Below are positions 1 through 12,409 of a stretch of DNA of 64,000 nucleotides, one piece after another. The translations under genes were made by a program, and so were the position numbers. The stretch spans positions 310,001 through 374,000 of the forward strand of contig JAPETS010000016.1 in assembly GCA_026023565.1 (NCBI GenBank), read 5' to 3'. This DNA is from Cirrosporium novae-zelandiae (taxonomy: Eukaryota). The first letter of the stretch is position 1; each line of letters begins with the position of its first letter. Below the pieces are notes generated by a model that was not told where the DNA came from, did not search any database, and worked only from the letters and a program-made list of their open reading frames with translations.

Positions 1-36
1 GGATCCTGTTCCAGTTAGAGAACCCAGGGACAAGCT

Positions 37-1143
37 TTAAGGGTCAGCACCTCTTGCTTTAACAGTTGAGCCAGAGAGACCACTCAACCCAGATGAACTA
101 CCAAGCGAACTCAACGACCCAAACCCAGAAGATGTACCAGAGCCCAATGATCCAAGCCCTCCAATACCGGAAGTCAGGGAACCCAATCCAGAAGAGGTGC
201 CAGAGCCAAGACTAAGACCAGAGGTCAGAGAGCCCAGCCCAGAAGATGTTCCAGAGCCTAGGGATCCGACTCCGCTGGCAATGCCTTGACGTTTTTCCAA
301 CCCCGTTAAATCGCCAAGTCCTGAGGAGCTCTCGGATGACCCTCCTAAAGAACTCAACGATCCAAGCCCGGAGGACGAGCCAGAGTCCAATGACCCAAGA
401 CCAGATGTCAGAGAACCCAAACCAGACGATGTGCCTGTACCAGAGCCCAAGGAACCCAAAGACCCAAGACCACTTGCAATCCCTTGACGTTTTTCCAATC
501 CTGTTAAATCACCGAGCCCCGAAGAGCTTTCAGATGATCCTCCTAGAGAACTCAACGACCCAAGCCCAGAAGATGAGCCAGAGTCCAATGAGCCAAGACC
601 AGAGGACAGAGAGCCCAAGCCAGATGACGTGCCTGAACCAGAACCCAAGGAGCCTAAAGACCCAAGACCACTTGCAATCCCTTGACGTTCCTCTAAATTT
701 ACTACGTCACTGGGTTCTGAACTTGCAGGCGACCCTCCAGCCGAACCCAATGATCCAAGCCCAGAAGATGATCCAGAACTCAAGGAACCAAGTCCCGCGG
801 ATGCAGTTGGAATAGCAAAGCTCGATCCTATTCCACCGGGGATGCTGATACTAGGTAGCCCTGACAAACTCTCAAGACCACTAACACCCCCCAGCCCACT
901 GAGCTGTCGCTTCTCGATTTTCCCAGCCTCTCCTGTAGGAATGCTGAGTGATGAACCTTCTGTGAGCGGAATGCCCATGCTTGGAATGCCCATACTAGGC
1001 GAGCCTGTTGGAAATGGAAAATCGCCCGATGGGATTGGGAATGGAGGAGATAGTAGGCCGGAGGCACGACGATACGGTCCGGCTGGAGCTGCGAATGCAG
1101 ATGCGGTAAAAGCCAGAATGGCTGCTGCTGTTTCAGTCTTCAT
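37..1143 (-). CDS. Secreted Gly/Ser/Leu-rich Kex2-processed repeat protein (KEP-like), 368 aa
   Basis: Single ORF with an N-terminal signal peptide (MKTETAAAILAFTASAFAAP). It has 66-aa tandem units (198-bp DNA period) delimited by EKR/EER followed by Gln. Confidence 0.8.
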   Translation of the reverse strand: MKTETAAAILAFTASAFAAPAGPYRRASGLLSPPFPIPSGDFPFPTGSPSMGIPSMGIPLTEGSSLSIPTGEAGKIEKRQLSGLGGVSGLESLSGLPSISIPGGIGSSFAIPTASAGLGSLSSGSSSGLGSLGSAGGSPASSEPSDVVNLEERQGIASGLGSLGSLGSGSGTSSGLGSLSSGLGSLDSGSSSGLGSLSSLGGSSESSSGLGDLTGLEKRQGIASGLGSLGSLGSGTGTSSGLGSLTSGLGSLDSGSSSGLGSLSSLGGSSESSSGLGDLTGLEKRQGIASGVGSLGSGTSSGLGSLTSGLSLGSGTSSGLGSLTSGIGGLGSLGSGTSSGFGSLSSLGSSSGLSGLSGSTVKARGADP

Positions 1144-3378
1144 ATTGCTGGCTGGTGGGGGATAACGAGGAAAGATGGATTCTGGAAAATTAATTCAATG
1201 AAATAAAGAATGTCAAAGCTATCAAAGCTTGAAGAATGAATGAATATGCAGGACTGATGCTGATGAACAAGAAGACAGACTTGCAGAACCACTGCAGCGT
1301 CTTTATAGTAAAGGGAGGTCTAGGTAGACACACACTAGAATCAAGATGCACGTATCACGCTCAAACTCTCGAGTTCACAGTAGATGGACCGCGGCTAATG
1401 AAGCTTGATGTGCACTAAAACCGATTTAAGGAAATATGAAAGGATCGAAAACCGTCCCGTGGACCTAGGTAATGTAAAGCTAGGTACAAGGACAGAACAG
1501 ACTGTACAATAATATCAGATGCTGGGATATATGTAGGTTTAGTGGAGCCTATGAGCCACAAAAAAGCTATATGTCGTCAATTCCCTAGGCAATAGGGCTT
1601 CAAACTTCAAGATACTACCGAATTGGTCTAATTTCAAAAGGGTATGCATATATACCGAGGCGATTTTCCATTTCCCGAGTAGCAATTGTAGATAAATAGG
1701 GATAGTATAACACATTAAGGATGAACGTGGACCACTATAGAGCAAGGTCTTAAGACAGTGCTTCTGGGTGAGCAGCCCTTGGTGGTGATCATTAAACTCA
1801 GATCAGCAGAGAAGGTTATAAGAAACGTTTCGGCACATCCGAGGCAGTTTCAACGTCTTTGGAGGCTGCATGAACATCGGGTTATGTGCCGGGCGAGGAA
1901 GTATTCACAGGGTCATACAACCACAATGGAAAAAAGTAGGAATCCCCCCGTTATTTAATATAAAGACCCATTTATTTGGAAGGATTGGCACAAAGCTACT
2001 CGGAACGGTTTACTATCTTAACTGGGGAAATAAGGGGAACTGCATGGAACTGCATAAAACCACAGGGTTCTCCAGATTATAATAAGTTGCTTTAGAGCTA
2101 GTTCGCATAACCAGAAGAAGATTAGCCAGGCAATGAAGGGTAAATCATACTAGAACTACACACAGATGTAGTCTCGATCTTTGAGGTATTGCTGCCGGAA
2201 TGACAGACGTTTATTTCTACTCAAGGTTAGATGCCATAGGAGCTACAGGTGGTGCTTGATCAAGGCCCATATCCAGTGGAGTCGAAGCGCGATAGGGTTG
2301 TTCGGAACAACGCCTATTTGAAGATCATAACCAAGATGAGATTAGGGTAGCAACCGCGAATAAGCTTCAAATGAGCCTTGGTCTTGGAGTCAAACAATTG
2401 TCGGACCATAACGGTATAATGCTTGTTCTCCATATATCACTGCCTTGTTTCAGTGTGGGCGAGTTGGATTTATTCCCTGTACATGTCATGGCATATCAGG
2501 AACAACATCTGACATTTTCATGCTAGGGCATCATCTCTCCCATAGAAAGTCTTAGGATGAGTTAAACTTTCGGCATTTATATGCTAACCTTCTTTGCTGG
2601 TAATAGAAAGTTGAATAAGTAGATCGCTATGGACGTACTTTAGTAGGCACATGGTAGGCTGTACTCGAATATTATGTGCTGCATCAAGCAATGAACCATA
2701 AGGCATGACGACCACTTGGATTAGACCTGGACATGTTCGGGTTCAGTTTAGCCATGCCGAGATAAATTCTGGTAATTGGAACAACCTCTGGAAGCTGAGC
2801 TGAATGTCTTGGAGATGTATGAAACAAGAACTGGTTTCATAAATGTCATGTTGTTCTGCCGAAGTGAAGTATCTTGTAAACAAGGAAGATAAAAAAATCC
2901 CATTTGTAGAGAACTCGAAAGAAATGTGGAGAATACTGACAGAAACTTAGTCCAGGTGCCACGCTGCTAGGTTCAAGGTCCAAGGTGTGGTTGATTTAAG
3001 GTACAACAAGGAACATTCTCAGTATTATTTTCGGGTCTTTGCGTCTCAGGTGCTGCAATACAAAGGAAATTTGATCTACATATCATATACGGTATATTGG
3101 TGGATTGATATTTAATCGGGAGGCTACATCTTCCTCGGTAATGAATCATCTTCTTCTAGAACCCACCATCTGTCGGCAGTTTGAAACATTCGCATGTAGC
3201 CCCGTGCTCGTACGATTGCTTCAAGGGTCTTATAAGTAACTGCGTGCTCGGGTGATTTGAGACACCCTGCGTATTTATACGCTATGACTATATAGATGTC
3301 TTCCTATGGTTGATCAATTGCTTCAAATCTTTTCATCTTATTAATAGTATTATACAGGAGCGAAAGCTATATTCTAGC

Positions 3379-5610
3379 TCAAGAGACATTTTGCTTCTGC
3401 TTCCATTGATGTGCAAGGGCCACAAAGTTGGAAATTTTGGCAGCAGACTCGTCATCCGCGGGAAAGATGTAATCCATGTACTCTTCGTAGCTGTCATCAT
3501 CCAGCTTTCTTCTCTTCTTGACTTTCCGTGGCATCTGCTTCTCGACCTTCTCAATGTCCTCCGCCGAGCCATGCGTGTGTTCGAATGCCTTCCGGGCATT
3601 TAGGAGAGCAACCCGCTGTTCGATTGTTAGTGCTTGATCATTTATTCGAGAATGTGGAAATGGAGAACTTACCTCTTCCTTTAGATCTTTCTCCTTCATG
3701 CTCTTGTATGCCCGGTCGAAGATCTTCCTTGCACGATCCTTGGCTTCTTCGCTGATAGGCTTCTCTTCCTCCTCTTCTTCTTCCTCGTCTTCGGGAATGT
3801 TAATCTCGAATTGAGCGTAGCTGATCCAGACCTTGACATGGTCTGTCTTCTCCAGTAGCCGCTCGTATAATGCTCTGGCTCGCTCATATTCACCTTCATC
3901 AACCTCAAAATCAATATACTCCTTCCAAAGTAGTTCTGGCATATCCAATGTCGGTTGACGAATAGCGAGCTCAAAGATTGCTCTGGCACGATCAAGATCA
4001 TCGAGACCTCTTTCTAACTTTGCAAAGTCAATCCATGCTTGGCAATTCGCAGGGTTCCATTCAATTTCCTTCTCGAACAATTTTCGACACCTAACGAATT
4101 CGAAAAGCTGCTTTTCTAATTCAATATAACCCCTGAATATCCGATCTTTCGGACACATCCCAATAGCTCGGCCTAAAGTCTTGCGCGCTGCTCCCAATTG
4201 CATCTGTCTGATCTCAAATTCGGCATTCATTAACCAGAGTTTGGCAAAGGTGAACTTCTTATGGGGAACTAAGTCAATGCAAGCCTGATAGACCTGACGC
4301 GCTCGTTCAATGTCTTTGGTCTCAAGCTCCTCGAATATTGCATAATTCAACCAAAGATAAATGTATCGGCGCCAATGCCGTTTCTCCTGCGAAGGGGGTA
4401 TCTGGGCTATGGCCCTCTCGTATACATCTCGAACGCGGTCAGGATCACCTGAAGTTTCTTCCATGGATGAGTAGTCAAACCATATATCGTAATTTTTGGG
4501 GTTCTCCTTGAGCTCCTCTTCGTATTTGACACGTCTCTTTGACAGGATGACATCCTCAACTCCTTCGCGGTCGCCAAACTGCTTCTCGAAGGTCGTATAG
4601 GCCTTGTGAAGAGCAAGCGCTTTTGCCCGTGATAGTCGATCCAGTGCATATTTATAGATTGCTCGGGCCCTCTCATACTCCTTTAACTTGGCTTCAAATC
4701 GGGCGTATGCGATGAATATTTTCTCGTCCATGAAATCATCGCCCAGCGCTTCGATGGCCATACCAAATACTTCTCTCACCAGGTCCGAGGTGCCATTCTC
4801 CTCTTCGAACCGTGTCCATTTTATCCAGTTTCGTGGTTCAGGGTGAACAATAGTGAATCTTTCAAATATAGCACGTGCTCTATCGAATTCACCGTATCGC
4901 TTCTCAAGCTTTATGTAGGCAGCCCAAGCATTCTCGTCAGGTTCTGTGTCCTTGTTAGGTGCTGTCCAGGGTCAAAATTGAAGAAAGGATCTCATACCCC
5001 ATGCCATCCACCGTTCAAACACCTGCCTAGTACCAGCAATATTGCCAAGAGTCTCTTCCATATAAACATATTTATACCATAGCTTGTCGATCCTAGGGAG
5101 TATCTATTTAAGACCCAGTCAGTAATTATTCTCAGCTCTAATTTAAGACTTTGCGTACCGTAACTGCGCGGTCAAGTAGGTTTCTTGCATGGTTTATATT
5201 CCGCGTTTTCATTTCAGACTCTATGTACCGTATCCATAGAACAATGGATGTTGAGTCTACGTCCAAAGCTCGCTCGAATATACTTCGGGCCCTTTTATAT
5301 TCTTTCTGGTCAAGCTCCCACTGTGCATAGCGCATCCAGTTGTTCCTGCAGCTGTTAATGTTACTGCAAAACTATACCGCAAGTCTGTAGCTTACATGTT
5401 TATTCTATTCCTCCGTACATAGTCCTCAAACTCTTTCCGCTTCCTCCCCTGATATTCATGAAGCTCTTCGAGGTCAGCGAAACGCTGAGTAGGCGCCTGA
5501 AGACCAGGCTCTTGGCGATCAACAGCTTCGCGTAGTAACTGTTCTGCAGATATCTGTTGAGGCGCAGGTGCCTTGTTTTTGACCCTCGGGGGGCCTCGAG
5601 AGGTCTCCAT
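3379..5610 (-). CDS. CLF1: Pre-mRNA splicing factor Clf1/Syf3 (crooked neck, HAT repeats), multi-exon
   Basis: N-terminus [32 protein letters not shown] repeats, WRRYIYLW and [12 protein letters not shown] motifs. Four short GT-AG introns join the ORF pieces. Confidence 0.95.
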
Positions 5611-5720
5611 GTTGTTACCGATCGACCAATGTAGGCTGTTATAAATGGAATTATGTAAGGTAGTTATTGCTGGTGTTTTGCACAAGCAAGTTGTAGTGTA
5701 GCTGGTAGATAATGACCTGC

Positions 5721-6052
5721 CACGCTAGTCCCAAAATAAGCAGGACTCACAAGAAAAGCTACCATGTCTAGCTACCGAGGTAGGTCGAGGAATTTATTCT
5801 AAAGCGACGCTGCCAAGAAGATTCTAGACTAGACCAAAAATGATTTTTCGGAGGCTGAAGGTGAGTCGCATGTTTCAAACGGACGAACTACTCTCCGGTT
5901 TTTAAACAAAATCAGCTTTCAATAATAACTGAATTTGAAAGTCTTTTTAAAGCCTAAAAAATAAAAAATAATTTTGATTGAAGGCCTCTCTAGAAAAAAT
6001 AATAGTTAAAAAAAATGAATTTGTGAGTCCCGCTTATTTTGGGACCCGCGTG
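5721..6052. repeat. 32-bp inverted repeat pair bounding an A/T-rich segment (MITE-like or palindromic promoter element)
   Basis: 5721-5752 cacgctagtcccaaaataagcaggactcacaa matches the reverse complement of 6021-6052 (cacgcgggtcccaaaataagcgggactcacaa) at 29/32 positions. CTGC lies directly outside both ends. Confidence 0.6.
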
Positions 6053-6233
6053 CTGCTTTAGCCGATGTTGAAGCTTCAAGGTAAAGAGAACTTCAAGATG
6101 CGGCTACTTAATTAAGGTTTACGCTAGTCCCGCCACGCGCTTGAGGCTCTTTAGCTCACCTTCAAGAAATCTCCAAGGTCCTAGAATGTCAACCTTTCGA
6201 TCTTAACAGCCTTTTCATACCAAAATCGACAAA

Positions 6234-8182
6234 ATGGCGACTTTGGCGGATGAACTGTTGAATGACTTCGAGTCTGGGTCCGAAGGCGAAGAGAATCAAA
6301 ATACAGGTCTTTTTCAAGATGACAAGGGCTCTCCAGCAACAGGTATTAACGACCATGCACGGCAACCAACTTCAGCAAATGCCTCAGGTGATATGGAGCT
6401 CGATGGTGATGAGGAGGACGATGAAGATGAAGAAATGGGCGAAAGCCCAATTGTCAATAGTGTTGTGAATGGTGAGGATGATGAGGAGGCGACAAAGGCA
6501 AAAGTCGAGAAGATGAATCTGGCAGAAGTCTCAGACGTCAGCAGCGTCGCAGGATTGATGAAAGTCCTGGAGCCAGTATTAGAGGTCAGTATCCCCTTTC
6601 TCAATACTTTGATTGAGTGGCTCAAGATTTACATCGATTGGAACATAGCCCTGACTTGAATTCCCGCGCCCTATAGAAAATCACACACTATCAAAACCTT
6701 CCACCGGAGGAGCAAACAACTACGATTGGGTCTGTTGAGGATAATCCAGAATATCATTTGTTAACCCAGAGTAACTCGCTATCTATCCAAATTGATAATG
6801 AAATCATCCTGGTGACCAAGTTTATCCGCGATCACTACTCTGTCCGTTTCCCTGAACTTGAGACCCTCATCCAGAACCCCCTCGACTACGCCCGCACCGT
6901 ATCTATCATTCAAAATGGCCCTATGGACGATATAAAAACTATAGCCCAATCCTCTGATAACCCCGTTGGAATCCCCTTAAAATCAATTCTCGATGGCCCT
7001 TCACTCATGATCGTCACTGTCGAGGCTACCACTACCCGTGGCACCCCCCTCTCACCCCCAGAGCTCCAAACTGTTCTTCGCGCTTGTAGCATGTCGCTCT
7101 CTCTCGATAAAGCCAAAAAGACCCTCACCTCATACGTCCAATCGCGCATGAACATATTCGCACCCAACCTCACCGCACTTATTGGCTCCCTCACTGCAGC
7201 TCAACTCCTGAACTTCGCCGGAGGCCTAACCGGTCTTGCTAAAACACCTGCCTGTAATATTCCACCCTTAGGCTCAAAAAAACAGTCCCAAACCGGGTTC
7301 GCCACGAATGTTGGCATCCGACAACAAGGCTTCCTATACCACTCCCCACTTATTCAGACCATTCCCCCCGACCTAAAGCGTCAAGCCATGCGCATTGTCT
7401 CCGCAAAAGTCGTCCTCGCTGCTCGCGTCGACCGTACTCACACTTCTTCCGATGGCTCCACCGGCGAAGATCTAAAACAACAATGTCTAACCCGTCTCGA
7501 CAAACTCACTGAACCGGCCCCAAACAAAGGGCCCCGTGCTCTCCCCGCGCCTGACGACAAGCCCTCGCGCAAGCGTGGTGGTCGCCGTGCCCGCAAAGCA
7601 AAAGAAGCAACAGCAATGACCGACCTCCGCAAAGCCCAAAACCGCATGGCCTTCGGCAAGGAAGAAAAAGAAGTCGGGTACGGAACCGGTGAAGGGACAA
7701 AGGGGCTCGGCATGATTGGGCAGGCCAACGACGGACGCATAAGAGCCCAGCAGATCGATCAACGGACGAAAGCCAAGCTCTCGAAATCGTCCAAAGGCTG
7801 GGGTGGAGCGACGCCGTTCCCTGGGGGGACCGGGGGCACCGCATCAAGTCTTCGTGGTTTCGGCCAGGCTTCTGCGGGGAACTCGACTGTGCTTCGTGCA
7901 CACGGACTTCGGTCTACTGGTGTTGGTGTTGGTGGTCCTGCGACCGCGGGAACGGCATCGAGTATTGCGTTTACGCCTGTGCAGGGGCTGGAACTTGTGG
8001 ACCCGAAAGTTCAGGCGGAGTTGAAGAGGAAGAGGAAGGCCGAGGAGGATCGGTGGTTCAAGGGCGGTACGTTTACCATGGTTGGGAATGGTGGTGGTGG
8101 GGAGTCCAAGACCGATGCGGATGGGTTTAAAGTGCCGGGTTTGCCGAGGAAAAAGGTTGATACTGGTGTGACTAAGAAGTGA
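6234..8182 (+). CDS. PRP31: U4/U6.U5 tri-snRNP protein Prp31 (Nop domain), 2 exons
   Basis: MATLADELLNDF start, Nop domain (RFPELETLI, GGLTGLAKTPACN), KRGGRRARK, QNRMAFG and SSIAFTPVQGLEL motifs. One intron at about 6585-6676. Confidence 0.95.
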
Positions 8183-8529
8183 AGAGGCATCTTGGGAGGG
8201 GATTCATACTGAACTAGATGGACATCAGGGTGGAGGTACCCATGGCGTTGGGGAGTTTATTGATTCTTAGGGCGGACATACCCTTGAAAGGAAAACATAT
8301 GGGAGTGTAAATTCTACAGGGGACAAGTGATCGCAATGGTGCCATCAAGCCCATAAAGACCCTTTCATTTCAGTATGGAGGCTAGCTGTATGTAATAATA
8401 ACACAATAGTACTTTCTCGGAAGCAGAGAAAGAGAAACACAACAGTACGGGAGAGCGAGCGGATAGCTGCTTTCAATTAACTCCGTAAATCCTACAGTCC
8501 ATCCCCAATTTTATCCAAAAACTCTGCCT

Positions 8530-10218
8530 TCAAACCTTCTCCCCGTCATCTGCGGTCTTCCCCTCAAGCCACTCTCCAAACTTTTCCAACCGCTCATCCT
8601 CCTTCTCATCGTCGCCTCCATGGTTATCACCCGATTTCCGGAACCTTTGCGGGCCGTCAGCAGTATAAGCTTCGACCTTTGTGCCAGAGAAGAATCTTCC
8701 ATCCATCAAGGTCACGCATGCCTTTGCAGACTCGGAATTCGAGAACCGGACGCTAGCGATGCCTTCATGCTCTTTATCAAAGATGACAACGTTGGTGACA
8801 TCCCCGAGCTTGGAGCATTCGTCACGGATATCTTCTTCGATATCGAGAATAGCGTTGGGGTCTTCCTTTATGGGCCGTTAGAAGAGACAATGATGAATGG
8901 GAGAGAAATTTAGAGAAGAGAATGTTGGGGGTGATGCTCAGAGTTCGAGATTCTCAACAGGGTATATTGTTTCAGACAGGGATAACTGAAATTATAATAT
9001 AGCTCATCATTGCAAAAGGGTTATGTTCACAAAGGATCAAAGAAAGGTGATATTATGGAGAGAAGGGGTATGAAGACGTACTTCAAGTTCCTGCAGGGTG
9101 AACATGTGCTTAAGTATCACGACCTTATCCCATCGGGAGCTTGTTTCCTGAAGAGTTGATGGATCGTCATCGTCCCAATCGGCTAGTTTACTAGATCATA
9201 TTATTAGCAACCATATCCCTTTACCTAGATTAATTTAGGGTCTCACTGGTTCAGTTTTTGGGTCCTTTTGATGATTTTCTTCTTGTCCCTAACATTAGGT
9301 TTTGCGGGAGCTTCTTGCTGCTTTTTATAACTTGAATCTGCCATCTGTACTTTCATCTTCCCGGCTGGCCCCTGTACTCCTAGCCGAAAGTCGGAGTCAT
9401 CCAACATCTGTATGGCAAGATCCACGCTTTCAGGCCTAAAATATACGATAAGAGCATCTCCTTTGAATTTGCCAGCCTCATCTTTGTACATTTTTATGCG
9501 GGGTTTGGAGCTGTCAATTTCTTCAGCGATGACACCACATTTCGAGAATACGTAGTGCACTTCATCCTCGTCGGCATCAAGGGGAATGGATGTTACATAG
9601 ATGGCGGTCTTTTTGCGTTCATGGGGTTGGTTGGGGCCTTTCGTTTTCTTGTGTTTAGATGTACCATTGTGCTATATAATTCATGAGTAAATGAAATGAA
9701 ATAGATCATAATTAAGAGTCAAGGTGTTGGCAACTGGCACTTACAGTATCGTCTTCCTGCTCATTCTTTCGCTTTTTCGCCGGTTTTACGGGTTCATTTT
9801 CGTCCACGCCCTTTACAGCATATGCTTCTCTTTGCTTTTCCAAAAGCGCATCGTCCAACTGCAATCCTCGAAAAACACAAGCAACGCGATTAGAATTTGC
9901 CCGGACCGACCAGCAGGAGAATTACATATGTAGCAACAATGCAAATATGCTTGTAAATCTTACAAAACTTCACATTGAATACCTCTTGAGGAAGGAAGAT
10001 GGTAGGCGGCGTATGAAGGGCTGAGGGCATACCACTGGGACCCATCTCCTCAAAGCGTCATCGAATTCGTATTCTTGTCCATCTTCTGTCTCAAGGATGA
10101 ATTTATTCGAGATCTTAGAGAAGGAGATACGATGGTCGGCGTCGAATTCCTCGGGGTTTTTCGGTAAAGAGGAAAGGGAGCTTTCGGGATATGGTAGGGG
10201 GGAAATGTTTTCTTCCAT
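8530..10218 (-). CDS. CUS2: U2 snRNP-associated RRM/UHM protein Cus2/Tat-SF1 (HTATSF1), multi-exon
   Basis: RRM with IYVTSIP, FSKCGVI, KMYKDEAGKFKGDALIVYFRPESVDLA. UHM exons contain VILKHMF and MDGRFFSG. Confidence 0.88.
8934..9015 (-). ncRNA. snR38: Intronic box C/D snoRNA, snR38-like (25S rRNA 2'-O-methylation guide)
   Basis: On the minus strand: C box ATGATGA (9010-9004), guide CAGTTATCCCTGT then D' CTGA (8975-8972), D box CTGA (8941-8938) and a short TGC/GCA terminal stem. The guide is complementary to the conserved LSU rRNA sequence ACAGGGAUAACUG. It lies inside the 216-nt CUS2 intron 8866-9081. Confidence 0.85.
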
Positions 10219-10732
10219 GTTCAAGGTTCGATAAAGCTAGAAGAGCTCTGTAAAGATGCTGTCGAGAAGCTGGTGAGTTTAAAGAGTTGAAGGTGTTGCG
10301 AAGTGGATGAAATCAGCTGTTTTAAGCTCCTAGGGCGACGCATTGACGCCATTTTGGCAAGTGACATAATGGGGTGATTCTACATATTTCATTACTGTGC
10401 CAACACTCATACTCACCTTCTAGGGTTCTCTATAAAGTAGGAAGCTATGGATAATATCTTGAGAACCTTGACTTTGCTATTTTTTCATTCCATAATCAAT
10501 GCGAAAAAGAACAAATGAGTGTGGTTTTAATTAATAATCCTATATACCAACTGAGTGCTAAGCCCTCTTTTAATATTTTATTTTTTTATCTAGAAATAGC
10601 TCTAAAAACATGTACACAGTACATTAATGAGCGGACGCCGTTAAGCAGACTCTCATGTTCCACAATTTTCCGACCAGTTTCAGCCATACAGTAGGACCGG
10701 GGGTATATTCATCTATAGGGCAGCTAAGCAAT

Positions 10733-12409
10733 TTATTGCTGGCCTTCTAGGTCATGGGGAGATTCCATTCCTTTCTCGTGAGGTTGAACAGGACTATCCC
10801 TTTCACCAGAGTATTTAGAGCTCTCATCGTTCTCGGTATGGACAATGTCGCGAGTGAGCTCAACGTAGTCATATGCAAATTCACCAATCTCAGCCTCATC
10901 GATACCAGCAATCTCAGCTTCCTCGCTGCAGCGAAGGCTCAATCCTGGGATGAGATTCATGAGGAACAGAATAATGCAGCTACCACCGAACGAATAGACA
11001 AAACCAGAAACGGAATCAGCAAGTTGGTAACCAAGCTGAATCCAGTTGTGGTTGAGCCAACCACCTGGGATGACAGTGTAGCCATCCAAATGAGCAATAT
11101 AGTCACTATATCAGGTTAGTAATAATATCTCGAAGGAATAGCCTGCCACACTTACGCAGCAAAGAAAGCTGTCAAGATGTTTCCGGCGAATCCACCAACA
11201 CCGTGGATTGCAAAGACATCCAGGGCCTCATCAACACCAATCAGATATTTGATTTTGGTGGCATAATTGCAGACGATACCAGCGACAACTCCATATATAA
11301 CAGCAGACCAAGCAGGAACGAACCCAGAAGCTGGAGTAATAGCCACTAGGCCAGCGATAACGCCAGAACAGAAGCCGACGGTGCTCCATTTCCTCTCGAG
11401 CCTCCAATCAACAACACACCAAGTGATGCCAGCGACTGAAGCAGCAAGGTTAGTAACAACGGCGGCCATGACGGCCCTGAGGTTAGCAGCGAGAGCAGAA
11501 CCTGCGTTAAATCCGAACCATCCAACCCATAGGAAGACGGTGCCGATGACGATATAGGTAACGTTGTGAGGTCGGAAGTTAAGTTCGTGAGTACCATGTC
11601 CACGTCTTTTTCCAAGCATTACCGAGTAAGCCAAAGCCATAGCACCTGACGAGATATGCACGGGAGTTCCGCCGGCAAAGTCGAGACCACCCATTTTGTA
11701 TACCCAGCCAGAGGAATTCCATGTCCAGCATGCAATAGGATCATAGATAATCGTTGACCAAATGAACATGAAAACCAAAGCAGGGAGCATTCGGCCACGC
11801 TCAGCAATAGCGCCAATTCCAAGAACAACGCTGTTTCAATATCAGGAAATGTCCATGCAGTTTATTCTCTGTTACTTACGTGATAGCCGCGAACATGCCT
11901 TGGTATACGGCAAACAATAAATCGGGAATTTTCGAGCTGCCCACCGAGGGGGCCGCAAGAACATTGCGAAAGCCGATGTTCTCAAGGTCACCGATATATT
12001 TACCAGCAGTGTGGGAGAAGGCTAGAGAATATCCCCAGAAGAACCATTGGAAAGAGATCAAGGCTGTACCCATGACTGAGAGCCAGATCAAAGATAGAGC
12101 CGATTTTCTGCGCGCAAGACCGGAGTAGAAGAAACTGGGAGAAAATTAATTACTGGTGCAATGAAGCAGATTGCCGTAACCTACCCAACACCAGGAATCA
12201 TGAGTAGCACAAGTGCAGTTGAGGTGATCATCCAAGCGATGTTACCACTCTGTTTGGATAGTAATTAGCGCTATGTGTATCGACAATTGCGTCTCACTTG
12301 GCTCAGTTCATCTCACCTCATAGTAAACATTAAGATCTTGTGTGAGCGAATCACCTCCGGTGGCAATAGTGCCATTGTAAGGGTCCAATTCAACGTAGTT
12401 GCCGCTCAT
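10733..12409 (-). CDS. Ammonium transporter (Amt/Mep family), multi-exon
   Basis: DFAGGTPVHISSG, LWVGWFGFNAGS, GLVAITPASG and VFAIHGVGG signatures with both conserved His residues. N-terminal exon MSGNYVELDPYNGTIATGGDSL. Confidence 0.93.

Noticed and set aside
246..815. 189-aa repetitive ORF on the + strand
   Set aside because: Antisense shadow of the repeat protein gene. It has no independent coding signal.
3616..3672. Apparent 19-aa insertion in Clf1 (and a 27-aa one in Whi2 at 50258-50338)
   Set aside because: These are stop-free introns of 3n length (57 and 81 nt) with GT/AG ends that the ORF track reads through.
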